A stretch of 64,000 nucleotides of DNA from Blepharisma stoltei ATCC 30299 (GCA_965603825.1 CBFDEM010000043.1:186001-250000), one strand, 5' to 3'. Counted from the first letter of the stretch, positions 11,751-23,372 are shown. Notes: generated from the letters alone by a model not told the origin. Made by a program: numbers and translations.

Positions 11751-12752
11751 ATGAGGCCAATACTCATCAGTTGCCACACAAGACCTGTGATCGCTGTTAA
11801 ATTCAATAAAGACGGCGACCTTTTCTTTACAGGAAGCTTTGATGGAAAAGTCTCAGTATTTTGGTCCGAGCCAGTTGAAAGATTAGGTACATTTGCCTGC
11901 GATGGAGCAGTAAAAACAATGACAGTCACAGAAGACTCAAAATATATCGTTATAGGCACAGCAATCAATGGCATTTTCATTTTTGAAGTAGAAACAGGCA
12001 CTAAAGTAAAAACAATAGAATTTTCATCAAAAATCCATGTGAGAGATGTTGAGTTCGCAATGGGCAGCCAACAATTCTTCATGATTAGCTATGAAAGTGA
12101 TGAAAAGAAGCAATCAGTGGTTTATATTTATGATTTTGAATCCGTGCTTAACAGAGAACAGCCTTCAAGGCGTGATTTGGTCAGAAGAGACCGAGATCAC
12201 TACTATCGAGGAGTTTGGGGATATCTTAACAAGACTATTGTCCTTGGAACGCAGAATGGAATTATTGACGTTGTTGACACAAAGACAGGTGAACTTTTAT
12301 TAAGCCACCGTGCCCATGTAAATCAGATTACAAGTCTAGCTTTTTCGCCAGACTTTAGCATGCTAATCACTGCCTCAAGAGATTGTTTTGCAAAGCTCCT
12401 TGACCCAGAAACATTAAAAGAAATAAGAGTTTTTAATGCTCAAAGGCCATTGAACAGCGCTGTGATTTCTCCATTAATGCTAAATGAAGGAAGTCCTAAA
12501 TATCATTGCTTGGTAGCTGGAGGTCAAGAAGCAAGAGATGTCACCACAACAGCGACAGATCAAGGAGGCTTTGAAATCACATTTTATAATATGATCTTTG
12601 AAAGAGAAATCGGAAGTGTAAGAGGCCATTTCGGACCTGTCCACTCTGTTGCTGTCCACCCTAGAGGTCACATGTTCGTGACTGGATCTGAAGATGGTAC
12701 TGCAAGAGTGCATATCCTTGACCAGGATTATTTCACTCCAGCTTATGATTAA
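11751..12752 (+). CDS. EIF3I: Translation initiation factor eIF3 subunit I (WD40)
   Basis: MRPIL..HTRP..VKFN.DGDL, GGQEARDVTTT and EIGSVRGHFGP..GSEDG signatures. Confidence 0.95.
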   Translation: MRPILISCHTRPVIAVKFNKDGDLFFTGSFDGKVSVFWSEPVERLGTFACDGAVKTMTVTEDSKYIVIGTAINGIFIFEVETGTKVKTIEFSSKIHVRDVEFAMGSQQFFMISYESDEKKQSVVYIYDFESVLNREQPSRRDLVRRDRDHYYRGVWGYLNKTIVLGTQNGIIDVVDTKTGELLLSHRAHVNQITSLAFSPDFSMLITASRDCFAKLLDPETLKEIRVFNAQRPLNSAVISPLMLNEGSPKYHCLVAGGQEARDVTTTATDQGGFEITFYNMIFEREIGSVRGHFGPVHSVAVHPRGHMFVTGSEDGTARVHILDQDYFTPAYD

Positions 12753-12867
12753 GCAAGGAAATAATTAATAGATACTACGAAAATTTTCATATATGATCTT
12801 ATAAATTAAATAAAAATTAATTGAAAGGTTAAACTTATTAAAAGATTCCATATTTATAAAATAATCG

Positions 12868-13362
12868 ATGAAGCTATTTGTCGCTTTTCTTTTTGCATTT
12901 CAGCTACTTATTTGTAATGCAAATTATGCTTTGAATATAAAATACTATAAATCTGCAGATAAGAATAAAGACGGAAAGCTCTCAGGGCACCAATTTATAG
13001 ATGCAACAATTCAAGCTATAAACTCAGCTGTAATTTTGAGGTAGGGAATGGAAAAAGATAAAGACATGATTGAAGACATAGCAATTGATTTTATGAATAA
13101 GAAAGGATTTTCAGACCAAAGCCTGATTCCTTTGGCAGAAGTTGAGACATGGATTTCTACAGGGGAATTTTTAAAATTTTTTAAAACTTGGAGGGAGGCA
13201 ATGTTCAAGGAGCTTATGAAAGCAAAAGAATATGACAGCAAAGATAAACTGTGGAGAGAGTCTGCCTTGAAGTCTCCAAGCAGCTATGGGTTAAAGTATA
13301 AGGACTACAAACAGTTAAAGCCAAGCCCACAGCTTAACCCTTCTAGAAAGCACGATTTATAA
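12868..13362 (+). CDS. Secretory-pathway EF-hand protein; 15-nt intron 13030-13044
   Basis: ATG 12868 signal peptide MKLFVAFLFAFQLLICNA; EF-hand DKNKDGKLSGHQF; intron gtaattttgaggtag removes an in-frame TAG; C-terminal KHDL resembles an ER-retention signal. Confidence 0.75.
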
Positions 13363-13479
13363 TAATTCGAATATTTAATTATTTATGACTTATATAATTT
13401 TCTTAATGATTCGAATATTGATTAATTAATAATATTTTTATCTGTGCTTAATAAAGATTAATAGAATTTAATAAGGAAT

Positions 13480-14115
13480 TTATAATGGATAATAATCTTG
13501 ATCAACGTTCACGCCGCAAACTGTTACATCACCGTTGAATTGCTTAATAGAAGGCTCATTCCATCCTCCAAATGGGGTGAAGTCTCCAAAGCTTGGCCAG
13601 TCATCATAGTGTGCATACCAAAGTGGGTATTGAGAAACACCAGTCCATCCTAAGCCTACAATGCTTTGCCAATTATAATAGTTTGTGTAGACACCTACAC
13701 TTTGCCCTTGGTTTACAAGCTCATTTGCCAATGCCAAAATAAATTGCTGATTAGTACCCAAGTCTGAGCTCCAAGACCAAGTTTCAATATCAAGCCAGAC
13801 CATTCCGTATCCGGTCCCGGCAATGTAATCAACTAAGGCATCAACTTGCCCAGCTGGGTCACCACAAGGAAAACAAGGGAATAAATAAACATCAGTGTGA
13901 TTCATTCCTCCGTCAATCGAATTTTCGATATTGTCTACGCCGTTAGGGTCAACACCTCCAAAGCTACAGTAGCCTCTCACAACTCCAAATGAATAGCCAT
14001 TTTGAGACATACAGTGAAAAGCATCGGAGCTCGTGTAGTCTGAAATATCAACACCCAGGACCGCATAGACAGCAGAAATTAAAAAGCATAAAACCAAAAG
14101 AGAAAGAATTTTCAT
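13480..14115 (-). CDS. GH25-type (protist-type) lysozyme, copy 1
   Basis: Signal peptide; GVDIS, DVYLFPC, WLDIE (DxE), LWYAHYD..FGGW..P.IKQF. Confidence 0.92.
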   Translation of the reverse strand: MKILSLLVLCFLISAVYAVLGVDISDYTSSDAFHCMSQNGYSFGVVRGYCSFGGVDPNGVDNIENSIDGGMNHTDVYLFPCFPCGDPAGQVDALVDYIAGTGYGMVWLDIETWSWSSDLGTNQQFILALANELVNQGQSVGVYTNYYNWQSIVGLGWTGVSQYPLWYAHYDDWPSFGDFTPFGGWNEPSIKQFNGDVTVCGVNVDQDYYPL

Positions 14116-14531
14116 TTTCTCAACAAATTTATTATAAAAGAAATTCCATTAAAAATAAAAACATTGTGATTATGGACAACTGCAACATTTTGATTTAATT
14201 TTTCTAAAAATATAATTAAAGCAGACAGATAATAATTTTATTTGAAGGATTTTAAAAAAATTGTCTGACTGTTTGGCGTCTATATATAAATGGCGTAAAA
14301 TGTGTACAGTAAATGGAAAATGCAAAATGTTTTTAATGTAGATTTGTGATGGGATTATTATAAAGCTAACTTTTCAGATTTATAAATCAATAAATTCTTA
14401 TTTTTTACAAGTTCTGACTCTCAAAATATTGGCGAATTAATTTTCTAATTAATGTCCAAAAAATCTTGATTTAAAAAATAAAGGAGAGCTAATCTCAATA
14501 AACACTGCTAAATTTTAATAAAAGAGTTTAT

Positions 14532-15164
14532 TTAAGGACGATAGTTCTGATCAACATTGACACCACAAACTGTTACATCACCATTGAATTGCTTAATAGT
14601 CGGTTCATTCCATCCTCCAAATGGGGTGAAATCTCCAAAGTTTGGCCAGTCATCATAGTGTGCATACCAAAGTGGGTATTGAGAAACACCAGTCCATCCT
14701 AATCCCACAATGCTTTGCCAATTATAATAATTTGTGTAGACGCCTACACTTTGCCCTTGGTTTACAAGCTCATTTGCCAATGTTAATATAAATTGCTGAT
14801 TAGAACCCAAGTCTGAGCTCCAAGAATAAGTCTCAATATCAAGCCAGACCATTCCATATCCGGTACCAGCAATATAATCAACTAAGGCATCAACTTGCCC
14901 AGCTGGATTTCCACAAGGAACACAAGGGAATAAATAAACGTCAGTGACGTTCATTCCTCCGTCAATCGAATTTTCGATATTGTCTACGCCGTTAGGGTCA
15001 ACACCTCCAAAGCTGCAGTAACCTCTCACGATTCCAAACGAATAGCCATTTTGGGCCATACAGTGAAAAGCATCGGAGGCAGTGTAATCTGAAATATCAA
15101 CACCCATGACTGCGTAGACTGCAGATATTAAAAAGCATAAAACCAAAAGAGAAAGAATTTTCAT
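14532..15164 (-). CDS. GH25-type lysozyme, copy 2
   Basis: Near-identical to copy 1; ATG at 15164 (MKILSLL). Confidence 0.92.
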   Translation of the reverse strand: MKILSLLVLCFLISAVYAVMGVDISDYTASDAFHCMAQNGYSFGIVRGYCSFGGVDPNGVDNIENSIDGGMNVTDVYLFPCVPCGNPAGQVDALVDYIAGTGYGMVWLDIETYSWSSDLGSNQQFILTLANELVNQGQSVGVYTNYYNWQSIVGLGWTGVSQYPLWYAHYDDWPNFGDFTPFGGWNEPTIKQFNGDVTVCGVNVDQNYRP

Positions 15165-15684
15165 TTTTCTCAACAAATTTATTATAAAAGAAATTACATA
15201 AAGAAAAGAAATGTTGTGATGAGGTATAACTGCTAATATTATGACTTTATTTCTTCTAAAACTACATTTAAATAAGACAGATAATAGCTTTATCAGCAGA
15301 ATTTTAAAAACATTGTTTGTCTATGCAGTTTCTCCACATAAATGGTGTAAAATAATTAGATAAATGGGAAATTTAAAAATATTTTCAAAATAGAAGTTTA
15401 TAAGATTTATGGAGAGACTATCATAAAGTTAATCCACAGGCTTATATACTAATATTTTTTACGGCTTATAATTATAAAACGATTTTTAAGGTGTATAAAT
15501 GAATAATAAATAAAATTTCTGCTCGATAATTATATTTTCTTCAATATGTCCAGCATCAAAATGCTAGTGGCTTATTTTAGCTTGAGAGTTTTGATATACA
15601 GAGCTTAATTTTTATTATTCAACTAATAATATCTTGATTAAACTATGCTCAATGAAGATCACAAATTTTAATAAAGGAGTTTAC

Positions 15685-16317
15685 TTAAGGATAATAGTCC
15701 TGATCAATTCCAACTCCGCATGCTGATGTATCACCATTGAATTGCTTAATAGCAGGCTGAACCCATCCACCAAACGGGGTGAAATCTCCAAAGCTTGGAT
15801 AATCATCATAGTGTGCGTACCAAAGTGGGTATTGAGAGACACCAGTCCATCCTAATCCCACAATGCTTTGCCAATTATAGTAGCTTGTATAAATGCCTAC
15901 ACTCTGCCCTTGATTTACAAGTTCATTAACCAGCGTCAGAATAAAATTTTGATTAGAAGCCAAGTTTGAGCTCCAAGCATAATTTTCAATATCAACCCAG
16001 ACATTTCCATATTGAGACCCAGCAATGGCATCAACTAAAGCATCAGCTTGTCCTGCTGGATTTCCACAAGGAACACAAGGGAACAAATAGACATCAGTGT
16101 TATTCATTCCTCCATCAATTGAGTTTTCGATATTGTCCCCAACATTAGGGTCAACAGCTCCATAGCTGCAGTAACCTCTCACAATTGCAAATGTATAACC
16201 ATTTTGAGCCAAACAGTTAAAAGCATCTGAACTTGTCAATGATGAAACATCCACACCAAGTGCTGCATAGACTGCAGAGATTGCACAGCATGAAACTAAA
16301 AGAGAAAGGAATTTCAT
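15685..16317 (-). CDS. GH25-type lysozyme, copy 3 (more diverged)
   Basis: GVDVS, WVDIE and LWYAHYD motifs. Confidence 0.92.
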   Translation of the reverse strand: MKFLSLLVSCCAISAVYAALGVDVSSLTSSDAFNCLAQNGYTFAIVRGYCSYGAVDPNVGDNIENSIDGGMNNTDVYLFPCVPCGNPAGQADALVDAIAGSQYGNVWVDIENYAWSSNLASNQNFILTLVNELVNQGQSVGIYTSYYNWQSIVGLGWTGVSQYPLWYAHYDDYPSFGDFTPFGGWVQPAIKQFNGDTSACGVGIDQDYYP

Positions 16318-16740
16318 TGTTTCACCAAATTATTGATAAGGAATATGATTGCCAAATGGAAATTTGGTATATTAGATGGCTGCTAAAATTATATGTTTAT
16401 TATTTTGAGATGACTCTAGTCAAGATAGCAGCTTTATTCAAAATATTTGTCTTAGTGGTACTTGCATATAAATGAATGATTGAAGAATGATTTGAATAAA
16501 GAGAAATGTGAAACGATTTTATGAATGATATGATTAAAAAGCTAGCTCCTCAGACTTATAATTCAATAAACTTCTATTGATAAAAATTATAGCTGATTTC
16601 AAGCTTATAAGTAATTAATATGGTGAATCTAAAATGTAAATATTTATTTTCTCTAAAAGTCATCATGATTTCAAAATAAATAATTTGAGCTGCATTTGAA
16701 AGATTTGTCTTATTTTAGTGTAAATTATTACGAATTACTT

Positions 16741-16993
16741 TATTTTATTTTATTTATCTAACTTACTGCTGATCTTCTCTCGATGCTCACCTTCTAATCA
16801 TCTTCAAAACTTCTCTCTTCTGTTTTTTCCTTCGTTATCTGTAGCAATTGGCCTAGCAAATTCCTGCAATAACTCCTGCAACAATTTCTTAAATAACTTC
16901 TGATTTAAAACTTAGTAGAGCTCCTAATTTCCTCAAACTCTTGCAAACAACTTATAAATTTGGTGTGAAGAAGCGCGATTGAATAAAAATAAA
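16741..16993 (-). mobile_element. ~250-bp insertion flanked by 19-bp direct repeats (5'-truncated retroposed fragment or IES-like segment)
   Basis: aaattattacgaattactt (16722-16740) vs aaattattacgaataactt (16994-17012); (AAAAT)n-like tail on the minus strand; coding-like interior. Confidence 0.5.
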
Positions 16994-17022
16994 AAATTAT
17001 TACGAATAACTTAATAAATATT

Positions 17023-17874
17023 TTAAATTATACTTTCTGGCTCAAGCTGTTCAATTCTTTTTTCTTGGAGGCTAAATTTGTAATAAATAGACTTGTAGCC
17101 TAAAAATCAGCCAAAGTAAATAGACTCTTGGAAATCTATATACGTATCGGCAGCTTCAAAGTAATTGTCAGAAGTGAGAGTCCAATTATTTTCATCTAAT
17201 TCTCCACTTTCGAAAATCCCGACCTTGTTTACAACAGCATAAACCCTTAAATTTACTGTGAATAATATTCTGTTCGAATATTTAGGAAAACTTATATTTG
17301 GTACTTCAGAGTAGCTTTCTATCTCTAAATCATACTTATATATGCATGTATGATTATTTCCGCAAATCAAAATAAATTCTTTATAAACCACAAGGGAGCA
17401 TCGATGACTTGCTATTGGGAGAAGAGGCAAGCAAGACCATCTATTTTCAACTAAATCAAATTTTTGGGCAAGATTGAGTGTACCCCACCTATTTGATCCT
17501 CCGAATAAATATACTGAATTTTTATAATAAATCCCTTTTGAGTTGTGGCAAGAAATGCCATCAGGAAGTTTCCTTTTGACTTTGAAATTTTTTAAATCTA
17601 TTATACAGGTAGCACCTGATAATGGAAAAGATCCGAAGCAAAAAAGCTCAGAATTTGGAAGCTGAGTTAAGCTTGTAGACGGTGATAACATAATTTGAGT
17701 CATGCACTCGACGTATCTTATACGATGGGCATCAATCTCATAGATGCAAAGAGAAAAGCCCTCTTTTGTGCTTCTAATCCCATAGAGACGCTTCAACTCA
17801 AATTCAGAAGTTTCATGCAATTTTTTTTGTTTTTCTGGATTGGAGTTTTTAAGTTTTGGTGTAAGCACTAACAT
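17023..17874 (-). CDS. Kelch repeat protein
   Basis: LFCFG and YYKNSVYLFGG..KFDL..NRW..L motifs. TGA at 17107 read as Trp extends to TAA at 17023-17025. Confidence 0.8.
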
Positions 17875-18600
17875 TTGTTTTTCTATTTAATATGGAATTG
17901 CTGATTTTCTAAATTAATATTTTCTTGCCTTAGAAAAAATACAAGAAAAAGTTTATAAAACAATCAAAATTTTTTATCGCTAACATGGTCCTATTGTTTA
18001 TTATAGATAATTAATAATCCAAAATAGACTTAATCTGCCATTTTGTAACTCTTAAAGAAAAACTTTTTATATAGAAATAAAAATCATTGAATTGATTTAT
18101 TTGCTTTTGATCGCATAACTATTTAAAGAAAAAATAATAAAAAATAACTAGATTCAATCAATTTGAAGAACTATTTAAAAAAATTAATTATAATTTTTTT
18201 GAGTCTTTATTTCCTAGACTTTACCAAGCTGAATAAAATTATATAACTTGCTTAGCCACATTGATAGCAATGGCCTGGATATTTTTAATGAATGCCTGCT
18301 AATTTAGGATAAAATTTAATAAATAAAAAAATCAAAATTATTAATCTTGCCTCTAAGAAAATTAACAGAGAGACAGTGACCTTAATTTTCCTATTTCTAT
18401 AATCCGTTTATTTCCTTCTATTATGTCATAGCAATTATAATTAAACATAAAAGCGCCTCATTTAAGAGATTTATTTTCTCACAATTAATATACATTAATT
18501 TTAAGCCGAGTTTAGACTTATAGCTTATTCATCATTATATATCTCATCATTAAAAATTTAACAGTTATAATAGATTTGATACCTTCTAAAACTAGAATAA

Positions 18601-21600
18601 ATCTATCTATCTATCTATTATCTATGCAATGCTCTCGGCATCGCTCAAGCCCTTATGGGCTCTTCTTTAATCACTCCGTTATTTTCCTTTGTCTAGCTTG
18701 ACCTTGTAACCTCTTGTTACGCTCCTCTTGATACCTTCACGACTTGTCCTTGAGTATATCCAAATGAAACCTCTTGATCGCACCATCCGCCAGCTGCACA
18801 ATGTCGTCCCTTCCCATCTCCAGGAGTCGCTTCACACATGCCTCATAACCTGCTCCATATAGCAGTACCTGTATCAGTCCTATAGCTTGTCAGTCGATGC
18901 CTGTATTGTCTAGTTGTGCCAGTAGCTCTTTCCTCTGCTTCAAGTATCTCGTGCATTCTACGAGTACATGCTCTTCCGATTCAAAGTTCCACATGTATCG
19001 CATGCCTCATTATGCGTCAGATGACGTAGCTTTGCATTGGCGTTACAGTAGTTAAAGCCTGCTCTCAGTCTATGTATGGCTCCTATTGCACAACCATTAT
19101 GTTGATTCACTGTGATGAATGTTGGTCTTCATGTGCTGTCTAGTCCTTCCAGGAGATGTCGATACAATCTTGTTGTCTTTTTCGTTTCATTCTCCATTCT
19201 AAGCACTGACTCCTTCAGGTTCAACTTCCTTGTGGCTTCAGCGATTTTTGCAACCCATTTTTTCTTTTCGATCGTGTCAAGTCTTGCCGCTTCTTGGAAT
19301 TCCTCTAAGTCAAGTAGCTCCATAGTTCTCCTGCATCTTTTTTCCCACGGTAGGAGCTCTTCTGCATTTATATTCCTCATCAGTGCCGCGAGCTGATCAT
19401 TCATAGTGTAGACTCTCCTTCTGAATCTTAGAAGCTGCATTCTCATATGGTTAATTAGGGTAATTCAGCCTATGTCCAACAAAGAGGCTTCCCTCGCAGT
19501 TCCAGTTGGTGCACGTAGTATAATCCGTGCAAGCTTCATCCTCTCGTTCTCCGCACATTTCAGTGTAGCCCCATTCCATTCGTACTGTGTACATTCATTG
19601 GCGTAAGTCGCTACTATTGTGGCACATGCTTCTGCAAGGATTGATCTATTCACGACAGGCATGCAGGACATGCTACTTAGTAAAACTTTGGTGGCTCTTC
19701 CAGCAGATTTTACTCTTTCTAGTGTTGCTTTGGCCTAGGCACTATCACTCCTTGAAGTTCCTATGACCTTCCCTAGGTACTTGAACTGTGGCAATTGCTT
19801 CAGCTGCTTTCCTTCTATTGTCACTGTTACTCTCGCTGGTTTGCCTGAGTAGTCCACTACGAACGATTTCTGCAGGTTTGCTTTAAGGTAGTACTTGTTG
19901 GCTCAAGTGTTGCATATATTCATAAGTTGTTGTAGTTGTGACATCGTGTGCGCCATGAGCACTATGTCGTCTGCATATAGCAGCAGGCCTAACTTCATTT
20001 CCCCCGATTTCAGTTCGACACCAACATCAGCGCTGCTTATTGCCCATGCCAGCTCGTTGGGAATCAGATTAAAACATATAGGTGATGAGCTTCCACCTTG
20101 CCTCACTCCTTTCTTTATTCTGATTGGGTCTGAGAGCCTATCATTCATGATTATGTTACTTTCACAGTTATTGTACATTGCTCCAATTATGCTAATGGTG
20201 TCTGTATTTACTCCTCTGCTGAGCATTACTTCATTTAAATCTGAGTGCCTTACTGTGTCAAAGGCCTTGCATATATCCAAGAAGCCACATATTATCCCTT
20301 TTTTGTGAGTCCTGCAGTGTTCTATCACCGTTTCTAGTCTATAGATTTGGTCAGCCGTGGACATCCCCTTCATGAATCCTGCCTGGGTTGGGTGCATGAT
20401 TGATTTGGCCTCTACCTCTAATGCGAGTCTGTTAGCAACAATTTTGTCTAGAATCTTATACGAGGTGTTGAGTAGGGTAATTGGTCTATAGTCATCAGGG
20501 GCTTTTGAGCCCAGCTTCTTCGGCAGAAGCACTACCAGCGCGCCCTTCATTGCCCTTGGAAGTCATCTCCTCTTCCATACATCTGTAATAATCCTCCAAT
20601 GTAGTTCTACTACTGTTTGTCCTCCGTATTTAATCAGCTCCGATGGTACTCCATCCGGACCTGTCGCCTTTCTGTTGCTGAGTGCCTTGATTGCCTCCTC
20701 TACTTCTTCCCTTGTTGGTGGCTTTGCTTGTGTGTCGACCGTTCAGTCCCAATCTCTGTCACCATATTGAGTTCTTCATCAATCCACTATTTTTCCTTCT
20801 TCCGATTTCGTGAATCTCGTTGGCCCATTTCTCATTGACTGTTTTATTCTTCTTGCCACTTCCCACATGTCTTTTGCGCTGGATACTGCTTTTCAATTTT
20901 CCTTTCTTTCAAGCTCATAAATTTTACCCTTTTTAGCTCTTTTTTGAATTCTTTCATCTGCTGTCTGTACTTAGCCATCTGAATTTTGTAATGTAAGTCC
21001 CCTTTGCCTTTTCTGAGACCTTTAAGAGCTTTTCATGGGCACCTCCTGGCTTCACCCAGCTTCTGCAATGCTCCTCTGCTCAAGATTCCTTGCTTTCTGT
21101 CTTCAGCTACACCCAATACGCTTTCTGCTATCTTGATTAGCCTCATGCATACGGTTTCATATATTTGGTCTGTTACTTCTATATCTCCATCTAATTCTTC
21201 CATTAAGCATCTGTCTATTTCACTCTGGTATAATTTGAGGAAAACAGGATTTTGCAGTCTGTCAAGTCGAATTCTCTTTCTTTTTTGTTCGTACGGCTTC
21301 AGTCCTCAGTTCCAAATTTTTACTGTTATGGGCAAGTGGTCGCTCTTAATTGGGCAATCTTCATTTACATCATAATCTATTATCTTGTCTTTCAACCCTC
21401 AATTCATTATAGCGTAATCTAGACAAAAAGCCCCTCCTGTTGAGTGCAGGTGGGTAGGTTTGTCTAGCTGTAACAGCTCCTGACCTCACTGCTTGCACAT
21501 CTCTCTAAGTCTTATCCCATTTTGGTTGGTTTCACTGTTTCACCATCCTCTGATATGTGCGTTGAAGTCGCCTAGCATTATTTCATGTTTGTCCAGCCCC

Positions 21601-22766
21601 CTGCTCCATGCTATTGCTTCGTACAGACCATTATAGAAGTCCTCTATCTCCATCATTTCACTTCCTTCCACGGGTGAGTATGCTTCAATTAGTGTAAATC
21701 TTTCTAGTTCCACCCCTATTACTCTACCTATCACAACTGTCCGCACTTCTCCAATCTCCATTTCGATTTCTTTATTTATTAGGATGCCCACACCTGCACT
21801 TCTTCCTGACCCTGGGCTTGTTACTCACTCATAGCCAGCAATCCTCGGGAGGTCTTCTTGGTCCACACAGTGGGTTTCACATAGTCCCATTATGTCTGGC
21901 GCAATTTCTTCAATGAACCTGCTCAGTTGCTGCTTCTTGTTCCTGGCCCCTTGTATATTCGCGTGAGAAAGTGTCTTGACCCTGGTTTGTCTTTCATGTC
22001 TGATTCTCTTTGCTGATGGAGCCCCAAATCCTGCTTCAGTCATGGTCCTCCTCTTTGGGAATTCCACAATGAGGCTACTATTCTTCATCCTAGCCTGTGC
22101 CGGCGCAACTTGTAGCGGTGGTATGACTCGTTGTGATGGTATGCTATGTAATGATTGCATATCTTGTAATGAATGGACAACTTGTATCGATGTCATGTCA
22201 TGTAGTGATGACTTGTCTTGCAGTGACTGCATGCTTTGTGGCGATGGCATATCTTGCAATGAATGTACACCCCGTATCGACGACATGTCTTGTAGTGGTG
22301 CCATAACTTGTATTGACGGTTTGGCCAGTTGTGACAACTTGTCATGCAATGATAGCATGACCTGTAGTGTCGGCATGTCCTGTAGTGGTTGCTTGGCTTG
22401 TACTATTGGCTCGACTTGCAGTATTGGCTTGTCCTGCATTGCTGGTATGTCCTGTATTGCTGACATGGCTTGCAGTGATTGCATGGTTTGTGGTGATGAC
22501 ATATCTTGTAATGAATGTGTAACCTGCATCGTTGGCTTGTCTTGTAATGGTGATATACCTTGTAATGAATGTGCAACCTGCATCGACATGTCTTGTAATG
22601 GTGGCATAGCTTGTATTGACGATATGATTTGTAATGTCGGATCATTGTTGCTACTGAAGTTGTCGTGCTTGGTGGCGCGACTTGTGCCTTTAGTACAGCT
22701 AGTTGCGCTAGTTAGATATGTGCCTTTTTTATTGCAAGCGTTGTTGTGACTGCTGCTGATTATCAT
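18601..22766 (-). mobile_element. Non-LTR (LINE) retrotransposon, single APE-RT-CCHC ORF, slightly degenerate
   Basis: APE (NIQG, LCETH, GDFNAH, LDY, SDH); RT (KATGPDG, DYRPITLL, QAGF, LDICKAFD, GVRQG, LYADD, FKYLG); CxxC..H...C knuckle; (TAGA)n tail at 18601-18624; higher GC than flanks. Lesions: frameshifts near 20890 and 18985, TAG at 19735-19737. Confidence 0.93.
22110..22640 (-). repeat. Degenerate 18-bp tandem repeat encoding (S/P)LQDMP-like hexapeptides at the LINE ORF N-terminus
   Basis: Six-residue LQ/IQ/MQ periodicity in ORF 21825-22766; boundaries approximate. Confidence 0.8.
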
Positions 22767-23372
22767 GATATACGATTTTTATTATTTTATTTTATTAAAT
22801 TATTTTTAAAAGAACATTTTAATTTTAAATTTTTAAATAAATAATGATAATTCAATTCAATTTTCTCCATTTCATATTTTAATGCTTTATATACTAATAG
22901 ATGCTTAAGATATTATATAAAGGTAATTAAAAACTTTGGTTTAAAGCTATAAATTATTGCAGGCTAACTATTGCTTTTGCAAAAAATTATATTTAAGAGA
23001 TTAATTTATTACTGTTAATATTTCTCTAATTAAAATATAAATGTTGGTTTATTACTTTAATGCTATATTGGTACTTAAATTTCAACTAATTTTCATATAT
23101 AAAATTATGGGAGACTAGCCAGATCTAGAGTGAAAAATTAAAGCTCATTAAATGTGATGTTTTCAGTAATTTATTATATTCTAAAATAATTAATTACAAA
23201 TTTAAATAATTTAGGATTATTCAGATTCAAGCCTATAAATTAACAAAAAATTTAATCAACAGCAATAAAAACTAATAATATTTTATCTAAGCTATCTCAA
23301 TATATTAAAACTGTCTAAATACTATATCAGCATTCAATTTTGAAAAACAACATAAAAAAATCGTAATTTATA

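Noticed and set aside
19735-19737. TAG read as Gln (old 'Blepharisma' table 15)
   Set aside because: Several host genes end in TAG (e.g. HK5, HK7) at the same position as TAA in paralogues, so this TAG is best read as a lesion in a decaying element.
21976-22749. 257-aa Cys-rich plus-strand ORF (metallothionein/keratin-like)
   Set aside because: It is the antisense shadow of the 18-bp repeat: the LQ/IQ codon pairs give TGT/TGC on the other strand. It starts at TTG, and the minus frame is continuous with APE.
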